This document shows, one piece after another, positions 1 through 8,329 of a stretch of DNA of 64,000 nt. Origin of the DNA: Enterococcus phage AllMyExes; the sequence record PV544171.1; one strand, 5' to 3'. The position numbers and the translations under genes were made by a program. The number at the start of each line of letters is the position of its first letter. The first letter of the stretch is position 1. The notes under the pieces were generated by a model that saw nothing but the letters and a program-made list of their open reading frames with translations, did no database searches and was not told the origin of the DNA.

Positions 1-112
1 ACTATTTAATAATAGCACAACCTCTATTATTTTGTCAACTACTTTTTTTAGAGAGGGTGCCCCTAATTTTATATAGGGGCAAGAGATATTAAACATAGCT
101 GAGCTATGTAAA

Positions 113-162
113 AGCTAATGTAGGAATTGAACCTACTTAATGTAAGCAACACCAGTTTAGCT
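113..162 (-). ncRNA. tRNA-like element 1 (T-arm GTAGG-TTCAATT-CCTAC plus 6-7 bp acceptor-like stem); incomplete cloverleaf by hand folding
   Basis: The minus strand reads AGCTAAA...GTAGGTTCAATTCCTAC-ATTAGCT. The TTCAATT loop approximates the TΨC loop consensus. Only ~50 nt lie between the acceptor halves, and no anticodon arm could be placed. Confidence 0.3.
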
Positions 163-192
163 TATAAGCATTGTTTGCAAAGTCCATGCTAT

Positions 193-245
193 GCACTCAG
201 TAGGAATCGAACCTATTGCCGAAGGTACCAAACTACCCTGAGTGC
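193..245 (-). ncRNA. tRNA-like element 2 (acceptor GCACTCA/TGAGTGC, T-arm TAGG-TTCGATT-CCTA, one extra GGTA/TACC hairpin); 53 nt, no anticodon arm
   Basis: A perfect 7-bp terminal pairing encloses a T-arm-like hairpin. It lies 80 nt from element 1, which is typical tandem-tRNA spacing. It is immediately downstream of the minus-strand TGTGGTATAAT promoter. Confidence 0.3.
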
Positions 246-257
246 TCCTATAGATAT

Positions 258-268
258 ATTATACCACA
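258..268 (-). promoter_or_regulatory. extended -10 promoter TGTGGTATAAT (minus strand) driving the tRNA-like elements
   Basis: The reverse complement of 258-268 is TGTGGTATAAT, identical to the motif at 7404, 11247 and 23145. Confidence 0.5.
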
Positions 269-428
269 TAACGAGATATTAATTTTTTTTGGTGATATAG
301 TATATCTATATTTTTTAAAATTTTAGAAATACCTTTGATACATTCCGGTTATCCAACGTATGAATATATAATATCATGTTATTCTGATTGTGTCAATAAC
401 TTTTTTACATTTTTTTTTATAATTGTGT

Positions 429-555
429 AATGTCCTATTTCTTTTTTTCTGATTCCTTATATTTATAATATATACTATATAGTACTATATATATTAATTA
501 CTATTAGATATTATATATAGATAATAAGAATCTAGGAAATTTAAAATAGGACATT
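429..555. repeat. IR-bounded AT-rich element, copy 1 (12-bp perfect inverted repeats AATGTCCTATTT / AAATAGGACATT flanking a ~100-nt AT-rich core with a TCCTTATATT box)
   Basis: Direct reading. Homologous to 606-729 and 50198-50317. Confidence 0.8.
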
Positions 556-605
556 CTAATGCTGACTCAGTTACAATAAACTTATGGTGGCTACCTTTTT
601 ACAAA

Positions 606-729
606 AATGTCCTATTTCATTTTTTCTATCTCCTTATATTATTATTTATAATATATAGTATTAAGTATTATATATTATTATATATATAGTATATAATATA
701 AGAAAGACAAAAATTTAAAATAGGACATT
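606..729. repeat. IR-bounded AT-rich element, copy 2
   Basis: Same 12-bp arms. The internal boxes TCCTTATATT and TTTATAATATATAG are shared with copy 1. Confidence 0.8.
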
Positions 730-740
730 TTACTTAAACA

Positions 741-775
741 AAAAAAAAGAGAGCAGTTAAGCCCTCTTATCTTAA
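741..775 (-). terminator. Rho-independent terminator candidate for the leftward gene 767..1105
   Basis: The minus strand reads AGAGGGCTTAACTGCTCTCT followed by T9. Confidence 0.4.
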
Positions 776-1105
776 TGAGAAATAGTTATTAATTGTTCCC
801 AATCTGACTTCCTCATCTTCTGGTGTTTCATCCTCTGGTTTCGTATACAAGCTAGTGATTCTTTCTGGAACATCTACTACGTTCTCAGTAGCTGTCTGTA
901 TCTGGAATGCATTTACATAAGTTAACTCAGAATCTCTATCAGCTAGTTTATGAACTGGAATCATTGGCAACTCTGCACCTTTCATTGCACCATTTACAAT
1001 TGACATTGCATCATTAGTTGTTACACCGAGTCTTCTAGGGAACACAGAATATGTCCCAGATGTTAATGAAACCTCTACAACTTTCTCTCTTTTAGGGTAA
1101 TTCAT
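767..1105 (-). CDS. hypothetical protein (acidic C-terminus)
   Basis: 112-aa ORF on the minus strand; first of three collinear leftward ORFs. Confidence 0.5.
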   Translation of the reverse strand: MNYPKREKVVEVSLTSGTYSVFPRRLGVTTNDAMSIVNGAMKGAELPMIPVHKLADRDSELTYVNAFQIQTATENVVDVPERITSLYTKPEDETPEDEEVRLGTINNYFSLR

Positions 1106-1168
1106 GATACTTCTCCTTTCAAAATATGTTATAATAATACTATATACTATAATAACACATTTTACAAA

Positions 1169-1513
1169 TTACTTAAACATGCTGAACACGTAAGTGACAA
1201 CTGCTCCTAAGACAATCATAAAAACGTTCTCTACAATATCCCTCTTGTGGTCGAACTCTTTATCGTTTACTCCTTCCAGTGCATCTATAGTTTCTTCCAA
1301 CTTAGTAATCTGGTAGGTTAGGTGTGCATATTTTTCTTCGTGAACAGCAAGTCGCTTATCAAGACTATTGACAATATCTCTCAACTCACTAACCGCACTA
1401 TTCAGTTCTACATTGTCCTGTTTAATGCCCTTCTCGGTTAGCTCTCCATGTTGGAGTTTATCTTCCAGTCGTTGTAGTCTTAAAACAAGGTCATTTACTT
1501 GGTAATCGTTCAT
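1169..1513 (-). CDS. hypothetical coiled-coil protein with C-terminal transmembrane helix
   Basis: 114 aa; heptad-like N-terminus; hydrophobic tail FMIVLGAVVTYVFSMF. Confidence 0.5.
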   Translation of the reverse strand: MNDYQVNDLVLRLQRLEDKLQHGELTEKGIKQDNVELNSAVSELRDIVNSLDKRLAVHEEKYAHLTYQITKLEETIDALEGVNDKEFDHKRDIVENVFMIVLGAVVTYVFSMFK

Positions 1514-1547
1514 ATATGCTCCTCCCTGTAAGTTATGTTGCTCTATA

Positions 1548-1808
1548 TTAGTCAGATGTAAACCACAGACAGACTAATATACCTATAATAGCGCCTACAG
1601 TGTAGACTATAGGTATATAGTACCCATTAAAAAACAAGTATAGACTACCTATACTAATTCCATAGAGCACGAAAGTGAACTTGTATGATGCCAAAGGGCT
1701 CAGTTCTGCTTGTAGTTTCTTATACTGTAGTGCACGAGTGACATAGTAGGACATCAAGTAAACAAACATTTGTAGTAACAGTACACAGACCAGTGCTGTT
1801 TCATACAT
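1548..1808 (-). CDS. small integral membrane protein (3 predicted TM segments)
   Basis: 86 aa and strongly hydrophobic. Confidence 0.5.
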   Translation of the reverse strand: MYETALVCVLLLQMFVYLMSYYVTRALQYKKLQAELSPLASYKFTFVLYGISIGSLYLFFNGYYIPIVYTVGAIIGILVCLWFTSD

Positions 1809-1915
1809 TATGTTGTTCCCTCCTCTCCCTTAGAGCTACTATTAATATAGTACACTGAGCTGTTAGCAAACAGGTGTGCTAAATTAATATAGAGACTAAA
1901 AATGTAGACGGGAGA

Positions 1916-2194
1916 GTGGTAAAAATGGATAATAGCAAACGAATTATTAAAAAAATTATTTTTATTACCATCTCTGCATTAGTCATGGTTACTTTAAGTA
2001 AGCTGTTCTCTAAATATGTTATTGTAGAACAAAATGCCCCATTTCAGGCATTAGTTGGCGGTGCCTCATGTGCACTGTTATCTAGTATTCTGTTTGACTG
2101 GTATACTAATAAAAAGAAAAAAGAGAACGTAGAGAATCAACTTAAAGAAGCAATCAGTGACTTGCAGAAGATTAAAGCTATCATAAAAAGATAG
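1916..2194 (+). CDS. small membrane protein; holin-like topology (2 TM plus charged C-terminus)
   Basis: 92 aa with TM segments IIFITISALVMVTL and GGASCALLSSILF, followed by a charged tail. Confidence 0.4.
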   Translation: MVKMDNSKRIIKKIIFITISALVMVTLSKLFSKYVIVEQNAPFQALVGGASCALLSSILFDWYTNKKKKENVENQLKEAISDLQKIKAIIKR

Positions 2195-2205
2195 CCTATT
2201 AGGAG

Positions 2206-2493
2206 GTGGGATGGGTGTCTATTACCAATAAAGACATTAAGGATAAACGTAGATATATTTTTAGTCAATCTAGTAAAACAACAACTATAAAAAGAGGGGA
2301 CAAACGCATAAGTAGTGCAACAAGAATATGTGCAGTTTGTGGAAGACCGCTATCTAAGCTCGTATTAAGAACAGGCGTACCAACAGTAGTAGTAGACCAT
2401 ATTAGCTGTAAGATTTCAGACATTGTTAGACTAAATGTCTGTGAGGATATAAGGTCTTGTTATGCGTATTCTAGTAAGAAAGGGGAAAGCTAG
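2206..2493 (+). CDS. small zinc-finger protein; possible HNH-type endonuclease associated with the terminase module
   Basis: The CAVCG...VVVDHIS...C arrangement resembles CxxC...DHI(x)P...N...C of HNH nucleases. Its position directly upstream of the terminase genes is common for terminase-associated HNH proteins. Confidence 0.3.
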   Translation: MGWVSITNKDIKDKRRYIFSQSSKTTTIKRGDKRISSATRICAVCGRPLSKLVLRTGVPTVVVDHISCKISDIVRLNVCEDIRSCYAYSSKKGES

Positions 2494-2496
2494 CTA

Positions 2497-2925
2497 ATGG
2501 GTATGGCAGATAGACTTAAAGATAATGCAAAACAAAAAAAGTTAGAAAGAACACCAGAGCAACAACTAAGAGACACATTTAATCAAGCTTCAATAAAGCT
2601 TATCAATCAATTTATGGCTAACGTTACATCAGGTGCTATAGAAGTTGATGATATTGCAGATTTAACAAGGCTATTTCAGATTTATTTACAGGTTAATAAT
2701 ATAAATGATGGAATGCAAGAAGGTACAGGAACTCTACCTGCACTTACATCTGAGCATAAAGACATCATATCTGAAAAGGTTAGCACAGAAAAGATTATTA
2801 AGGACGGTGAAGAAGAGGAGCTAATTTCTCTTGATGAGTTAGCCAGTCTTCCAGATGACCAACTTGAGGAAGTCTTAGTTAACAGAGAGCTACAGATGAA
2901 CAGAGAGAACGAGGTGACCTTCTAA
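2497..2925 (+). CDS. hypothetical acidic protein; terminase small subunit candidate by position only
   Basis: 142 aa. Its stop overlaps the terminase large-subunit start (TAATG). Confidence 0.3.
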   Translation: MGMADRLKDNAKQKKLERTPEQQLRDTFNQASIKLINQFMANVTSGAIEVDDIADLTRLFQIYLQVNNINDGMQEGTGTLPALTSEHKDIISEKVSTEKIIKDGEEEELISLDELASLPDDQLEEVLVNRELQMNRENEVTF

Positions 2926-3275
2926 TGACGACAAAAGCACAACATATAGCTAAAATGGCTAAAGAGATGTATGGTACAGATAAAATTACAACGGAGCAGT
3001 TAGCTTATATAACAGATATGCTGACCCCATCAACGTACCTATTGAGAAATCACTCTGTGCGTAATCACCCAATAACTTTTATTATATCAGGAAGGGATGC
3101 AACAAAAGCACAGGCACATCGACCTTGGCAACCAAAGATAATAAATGACCAACATAGGGATAAAGCAATAATAAAGAGTCGTCAGCTCGGGCTAAGTGAA
3201 ATGGGGGTTGGCTCTATGCTACAATTCGCAGATACACATAGTTATGATGCTGTTAAATGCTTGTATACATTCCCT
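2925..3275 (+). CDS. terL: terminase large subunit, exon 1 (ATPase N-terminal part; Walker-A-like KSRQLGLS)
   Basis: SRQLG matches the T4 gp17-type Walker A context SRQLGKT. The predicted 5' splice site lies after U3275, with P1 formed by CCCU pairing with GGGG at 3285-3288. The in-frame TAG at 3291 lies inside the intron. Confidence 0.6.
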
Positions 3276-4567
3276 AAACTAATTGGGGCTTAGGTCAGTA
3301 ATGACCTTTGAAAAATTCTGTTAAACGGGCAAAGCTGAAAGTACACAAAAATAACCAACCTTACTCATTTGTAAGGAGGAATAAGCTGATAAGAGAGCCT
3401 AAGTCCTTAAAGGATAGAGGTAATCCCGTGCTAAATCAAGCGTAAGCTTGTAAATGCCTAACGACTAAAATTTATAGTTTACTTGACCAAGATAGTAAGC
3501 TATAATAAGAGAACTTGCAATATAAACTCTGATATTAAAAATAAGGAGGTGAGTCATTGACTAAGAGGAAAACTAATGAAGAATACTTAAAAGAAGTAAA
3601 TGAATTAACTAAAGGAGAATACGTACCAATAACACCTTATATAAACTCCGCTACAAAATTGAAAATGGAGCATAAAGCATGTGGTACCATTTGGGAAGTT
3701 AAACCAAATAATTTTAAAACAGGGACACGATGTCCGAAGTGTGCTGAGCTAGCTAAAACAAAGACTACTGAAAAGTTTAGGGAAGAAGTAAAGAAATTAA
3801 CTAAAGGAACCTTAGAACTAAAGGGTGAATATTTTGGCTGTGATACACATACGGAAGTTCTTTGTACGAAGCATAAACTAACAATTTCAGTGAGACCTAC
3901 AAGCATAATTAGAGGTAAAAAAGTATGTCCTAAATGTAATGCAGAGTACCTTAGTACGTGTCAGAGAAAAGACCAAAAGTTATTTGAGAAACAATTAGCA
4001 CACAAACATAATGGTCGAATAATCTCGTTAGAACCATATGTAAATACACATACGAAAATAAAATTTAAATGCACAGCTTGCTGTAGTGAGTTCAAGTCTG
4101 AGCCAAACTCAGTATTGAGAATAAGTGGTTGCCCTTGGTGCAAACAGTCTAAAGGAGAGCTACTTATAGCAGACGTACTAACTAAATTAGGAATTGACTT
4201 TGAAACACAGAAAACTTTCCCAGATTGTACTTTCAAAAGAGAGTTACCATATGACTTTTATATTGAGGAGTATGGAGTGCTGATAGAGTTTGATGGTGAA
4301 CAGCACTACAGACCTATTGAGTTTTTTGGAGGAAAAACCGCATTTGAATACCAAAAAATAAGAGATAACATAAAAAACGATTTTGCTAAGAAAAATGGTT
4401 TTACCTTATTAAGAATACGAGGCAATTTGTCAGAGGATTGCGTTCGTAAAAAGATAGAAAACATATTGCAAGAAGTAAAGCAGAAACCCTATCAGATAGG
4501 GTATGATATAGTCTAGTCCGACTGCTAAGAGCAGTGTTAAAGTATAGTGAAAACTACGGTAGATTCG
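3276..4567 (+). mobile_element. group I intron 1 in terL, carrying a homing endonuclease ORF
   Basis: Conserved elements: P-like AACGGGCAAAG, Q-like AATCCCGTGC, R-like CCTAACGACTAAA, S-like GATATAGTCTAGTCC. P2 is a GNRA hairpin GGTCA-GTAA-TGACC. The terminal G at 4567 precedes exon 2. A 48-nt stretch is identical to intron 2. Confidence 0.65.
3557..4516 (+). CDS. intron-encoded homing endonuclease: N-terminal tandem zinc-ribbon repeats plus C-terminal Vsr-like (EDxHD/DUF559-type) nuclease domain
   Basis: Repeated C-x2-C motifs (GTRCPKCA, CPKCN, CPWC). The C-terminal IEFDGEQHY resembles the Vsr DGCFWHGH catalytic region. It is a paralogue of 5524..6462. Strong RBS AAGGAGGTG. Confidence 0.6.
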   Translation: MTKRKTNEEYLKEVNELTKGEYVPITPYINSATKLKMEHKACGTIWEVKPNNFKTGTRCPKCAELAKTKTTEKFREEVKKLTKGTLELKGEYFGCDTHTEVLCTKHKLTISVRPTSIIRGKKVCPKCNAEYLSTCQRKDQKLFEKQLAHKHNGRIISLEPYVNTHTKIKFKCTACCSEFKSEPNSVLRISGCPWCKQSKGELLIADVLTKLGIDFETQKTFPDCTFKRELPYDFYIEEYGVLIEFDGEQHYRPIEFFGGKTAFEYQKIRDNIKNDFAKKNGFTLLRIRGNLSEDCVRKKIENILQEVKQKPYQIGYDIV

Positions 4568-5272
4568 ACAAATGAGCAAATGACTAAATTTGTACAGACA
4601 AGGTTAGACCCTGTTTTACAGAATGGGTACTACAGCACAATTGTAGACCAAGAAGTTAACTCATTAAAAGCTAAAAAAATAAGAAATAGCTTTTTGTATT
4701 TTCGTTCAAGCTCAAAACCGGGCGCTGTAGAGGGTGTCGATATTGACTATCTATCTATGGACGAGTATGACCGTGTACCTGCATTAGCAGAGGCTTCTGC
4801 GTTGGAGTCCATGTCTTCCTCACCTTATAAGATAGTTAACAGATGGAGCACCCCAAGTGCCCCAGATATGGGGATACATGGGCTCTTTAAAGGGTCAGAC
4901 CAACATTGGTATTTACATAAATGTGAGAAATGTAATTATTATAACGAAATGAGTTATGATGCATATACACCAGAGGCTCCTGTAGAGAGTAGAGGTAACA
5001 TTCTTTGTGTTAACCCAAAAGGGGTCGATGTTGTTGCTAAAACAGTAGTTGACGGCTCATTCCAGTTTGTTTGTCAAAAGTGTGGAGAACCGTTAGACAG
5101 ATGGTACAACGGTGTATGGGTACCTAAATACCCTGATAGAACAAAAAATGGTCTAGGTACTAGAGGATATATGATTTCCCAAATGAACGCAGTATGGGTA
5201 ACTGCCGACCAGTTAAAGACTAAAGAACTTCAATCATTATCTAAACAAGCCTTTTATAACTATACTCTGGGT
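4568..5272 (+). CDS. terL: terminase large subunit, exon 2 (ATPase core; Walker-B-like DIDYLSMDEYD)
   Basis: Aligns by eye with T4 gp17 across IYIDECAF (Walker B) and surroundings. The 5' splice site lies after U5272, with GGGU pairing GCCC at 5281-5284. Confidence 0.6.
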
Positions 5273-6557
5273 GAATAACGCCCCTTCAACTGGAAACAGT
5301 TGTCGAAAACTCTGTTAAACGGGCATAGGAAAATAACCAATATCCTGATAAGAGACCCTGCCTCCTGAAAAGGAAAGAGGGAATCCCGTGCTAAATCAAG
5401 CGTAAGCTTGTAAATGCCTAACGACTAAATTTCTAGGTAGCTAACCAAATGGGGTTAGTGAGAACTAGATAAGAACTACAAAACATTCTAAGTATGCTAT
5501 TATAATTACTGAGAGGTGATTAGATGGCAAAGAAACAAACCACTGAAACATTTACAGCTCGGGTAGCTGAACTTACTAACAATGAATATACAGTTGTTGG
5601 TGAATATGTAAATAACAAAACAAAGATAGCTATAACTCACACAACGTGTAACACCACTTACCTAGTTAAACCAAAAGGTTTTTTGGATGGTAACCGATGC
5701 CCTCATTGTAGAAATAAGCTACGAGGAGCTAAGCAAAAGACACAAGAGCAGTTCGCAGAAGAGGTTACAAACTTAACGGATAATGAATACATCGTTGTAG
5801 GAGAGTATACAGGAGCTACTAACAAAGTAGCAATCCAACATAGAATATGTGGTAACTCATGGAGAGTTTCTCCGAATAGTTTTTTATCCCGAGGAACACG
5901 ATGCCCTACGTGCGTAAGGAATACGACAGCACAGGAGCAGAGGTACTCTACAGAGCAGTTTATCAAAAAATTAGAGGAACGCTTTCCGAAAGAATACACA
6001 TTATTATCTGAGTACATGGGTAGCAAGAAAAAAGTTTTGGTACGTCACAACCGCTGTGGTAATGAGTGGGAAATCAAAGCAAGTCATTTGCTACACCATA
6101 ATATGTGTCCTAGGTGTAAGTCATCGAGAGGTGAAGCATTGATTCGGAAGTATCTAACAAATATAGGTTTGGAATTTACAGAACAGCAAACCTTTCCTAA
6201 TTTAGAACTTAAAAAACCATTATCCTATGACTTTTATATACCTAGTCAGCAGTTGCTGATTGAATATCAAGGTATACAACACTATGAACCAATAGCTCAC
6301 TTCGGTGGAGCTGAACGGTTTAAACTTCAACAGGAAAGCGATAAAAGAAAACGAAAATACGCAAGTGAGCATGGGTTGCTATTAGTGGAAGTACCTTACT
6401 CACTCGATACAATAGAAAAGGTATCGGCATACTTAGAAAAGGAAATCAAATTTGTAGTGTAAAGCAGAGCAACCTAAACCAAAAAGTAGGTTGATGATAT
6501 AGTCTAGTCCGACTGCCAAGAGCAGTAACAAAATACTACGAAAGTAGCGGTAGCTCG
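5273..6557 (+). mobile_element. group I intron 2 in terL, carrying a homing endonuclease ORF
   Basis: Same P, Q, R and S elements as intron 1. P2 hairpin CAACTG-GAAA-CAGTTG. The terminal G at 6557 precedes exon 3 in frame. Confidence 0.65.
5524..6462 (+). CDS. intron-encoded homing endonuclease (paralogue of 3557..4516): zinc-ribbon repeats plus Vsr-like nuclease domain
   Basis: Repeats GNRCPHC, GTRCPTC and CPRCK. C-terminal LSYDFYIPSQQLLIEYQGIQHY parallels LPYDFYIEEYGVLIEFDGEQHY of the first endonuclease. Confidence 0.6.
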   Translation: MAKKQTTETFTARVAELTNNEYTVVGEYVNNKTKIAITHTTCNTTYLVKPKGFLDGNRCPHCRNKLRGAKQKTQEQFAEEVTNLTDNEYIVVGEYTGATNKVAIQHRICGNSWRVSPNSFLSRGTRCPTCVRNTTAQEQRYSTEQFIKKLEERFPKEYTLLSEYMGSKKKVLVRHNRCGNEWEIKASHLLHHNMCPRCKSSRGEALIRKYLTNIGLEFTEQQTFPNLELKKPLSYDFYIPSQQLLIEYQGIQHYEPIAHFGGAERFKLQQESDKRKRKYASEHGLLLVEVPYSLDTIEKVSAYLEKEIKFVV

Positions 6558-7337
6558 TATCCTTACGCAGACTTGAAATTAACTGTTAACGACTCTGACG
6601 TTGATAGCCATAAGAGAAACTATTTAGTAGAACCTGCTAAAGACAGAGGTGACTATAAATTTATATCTGTTGGTATTGACTGGGGTAACAGACATTGGGT
6701 ATCTATACATGGTGTTAAAACAAATGGTACGGTAGATTTGATAAAACTTTTTTCTGTGGGTAAGTCCAACCCGCTAGACCCTAATGCAATAGATGTAGAC
6801 ATACAGTCTATAAAATTACAGCTAGCTCCTTACAATCCAGATATAATCGTAGCTGACGTAGGGGACTCAGGGGATAAAGTTGCTAAACTTATGCAAATTT
6901 ATGGAAAAGAACGAGTTTTTGGGTGTGTCTACCCATCAACCCCTAAATCTACTGGTAACCTAGTACCTACTTGGAGCCCACAAGCAAATAAAGTATCCGC
7001 TGACAAGTTAATGCAGAATAAACGTTACATTAACAAGATGAAAGAAGGAGAAATAGGTTACTACTCAAAACCAGATACAGAGCTTAATTTATATAAAGAG
7101 CACTGGAAGAATGTTGTTATACGTGATATTGAGGACGAAAAGACATCGACAGGTTTTAGACAAATTATCGGCAGAAAAGGTGATGACCACTACTCACAAG
7201 CAAGCGTTTATTCCATGTTAGGGTATGAGTACCTAATGAATGTATTTACAGGAGTAAAAGAGTATGGATTTGACTCTGATTGGGTGTCAACTCAATTAGC
7301 ACCTACGAAACCTGATATATTTACAGAATTTGTATAG
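6558..7337 (+). CDS. terL: terminase large subunit, exon 3 (RNase-H-like nuclease domain; GIDWG catalytic Asp motif)
   Basis: FISVGIDWGNRHW is typical of the first acidic motif of terminase nuclease domains. The frame is continuous from the intron 3' end. Confidence 0.6.
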   Translation, partial: YPYADLKLTVNDSDVDSHKRNYLVEPAKDRGDYKFISVGIDWGNRHWVSIHGVKTNGTVDLIKLFSVGKSNPLDPNAIDVDIQSIKLQLAPYNPDIIVADVGDSGDKVAKLMQIYGKERVFGCVYPSTPKSTGNLVPTWSPQANKVSADKLMQNKRYINKMKEGEIGYYSKPDTELNLYKEHWKNVVIRDIEDEKTSTGFRQIIGRKGDDHYSQASVYSMLGYEYLMNVFTGVKEYGFDSDWVSTQLAPTKPDIFTEFV

Positions 7338-7343
7338 GTAGAT

Positions 7344-7383
7344 TGCCTTATTTAGTTTTAGTCAAGCTGAATAAGGCATTTTG
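7344..7383 (+). terminator. Rho-independent terminator after terL
   Basis: TGCCTTATT...AATAAGGCA, a 9-bp stem followed by TTTTG. Confidence 0.5.
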
Positions 7384-7403
7384 TATTGTTTGATATATAT
7401 TTT

Positions 7404-7414
7404 TGTGGTATAAT
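7404..7414 (+). promoter_or_regulatory. extended -10 promoter TGTGGTATAAT
   Basis: Exact TGnTATAAT; recurrent motif in this window. Confidence 0.5.
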
Positions 7415-7436
7415 AAATATAGTTAGGGGGATAGTT

Positions 7437-8225
7437 ATGGTAGACAACAATGTAAAAATAAGTAAAAGTACAATTGAAGGACTAATAAATAAGTCTTTAA
7501 GTTATGAGTACGTTATAAAAAATAACGAATTGCTGACAAACGAATATCAACATATTGTAAAAGCGTATGGGTTTGATAATTTTTATGACATGTATCTATA
7601 TGCAGATAGCTGTGATTCTAAAGATATGTATTTAGTAAAAGGTGGTCAAAAAGACTTGTCTAAGCTGAAACCCGTTAAAAGAAAAGTTGTTAGAAATGGT
7701 AAAACTATGACTACAACTATTTATGAAGATACAGGCAGTTCAGACAGTAATAACAGTAACCCTTTAGACAAAGAGAGTAAAAAGAAAAAAGAGTTAGAAC
7801 CAGTTAATGCTAAGGAACTACGTAAGGTCAGCTTAGGTAGTGATGAAGAAGAGAAGTTAGACCCTAAAAAGATAGCAAAATTGCTAGCAGACACTAAAAA
7901 ATTTGGAAATAATTTTGATACGCAGTGTACTGATTATCTTATTCTTGAACAAGACTCTGTTACACGAGGAGTGGTAGGGTTTACTAGAGAAGGTTCTTAT
8001 TTAAAAATGTCTTTCTCAATGTCAGATGAGGCTGTTGAAGGTATGAAGATGTTAGCTTTTTCACAGCTCACATTAAAGGCTTGGAAATTGGGTCTAGGGG
8101 CTAAGATAAGCACAGATAATGCACCTGATGTAGAGGAACTAATTAGCTTATATGGATACAAAAGAAATAATACAGAGTATATTGTGTCAATGAGCTCACT
8201 GCGTAGTCTTCTAGGGGAGCCTTAG
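7437..8225 (+). CDS. hypothetical protein (start moved to the ATG preceded by GGGGGA RBS; the track start at 7386 overlaps the promoter)
   Basis: ORF with RBS TTAGGGGGATAGTTATG. Confidence 0.5.
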   Translation: MVDNNVKISKSTIEGLINKSLSYEYVIKNNELLTNEYQHIVKAYGFDNFYDMYLYADSCDSKDMYLVKGGQKDLSKLKPVKRKVVRNGKTMTTTIYEDTGSSDSNNSNPLDKESKKKKELEPVNAKELRKVSLGSDEEEKLDPKKIAKLLADTKKFGNNFDTQCTDYLILEQDSVTRGVVGFTREGSYLKMSFSMSDEAVEGMKMLAFSQLTLKAWKLGLGAKISTDNAPDVEELISLYGYKRNNTEYIVSMSSLRSLLGEP

Positions 8226-8329
8226 TCATAAGTGCTACGTTAGTCATTATACTAGTATTTTCAACTATTATTTTTTTAATTTTTAATTTACTAGTAAGTA
8301 AGGTAGTTAAAGAATTTTATAACTTAAAG

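Noticed and set aside
3637-4236. Minus-strand ORFs (89 aa and 91 aa) inside intron 1
   Set aside because: They fully overlap the plus-strand homing-endonuclease ORF, which has a strong RBS and a conserved paralogue. The same applies to the 5703..6026 minus-strand ORF.
7386-7436. Track start for the 279-aa ORF (MFDIYFCG...)
   Set aside because: This N-terminal extension overlaps the TGTGGTATAAT promoter and has no RBS. The ATG at 7437 with RBS GGGGGA is the likely start.
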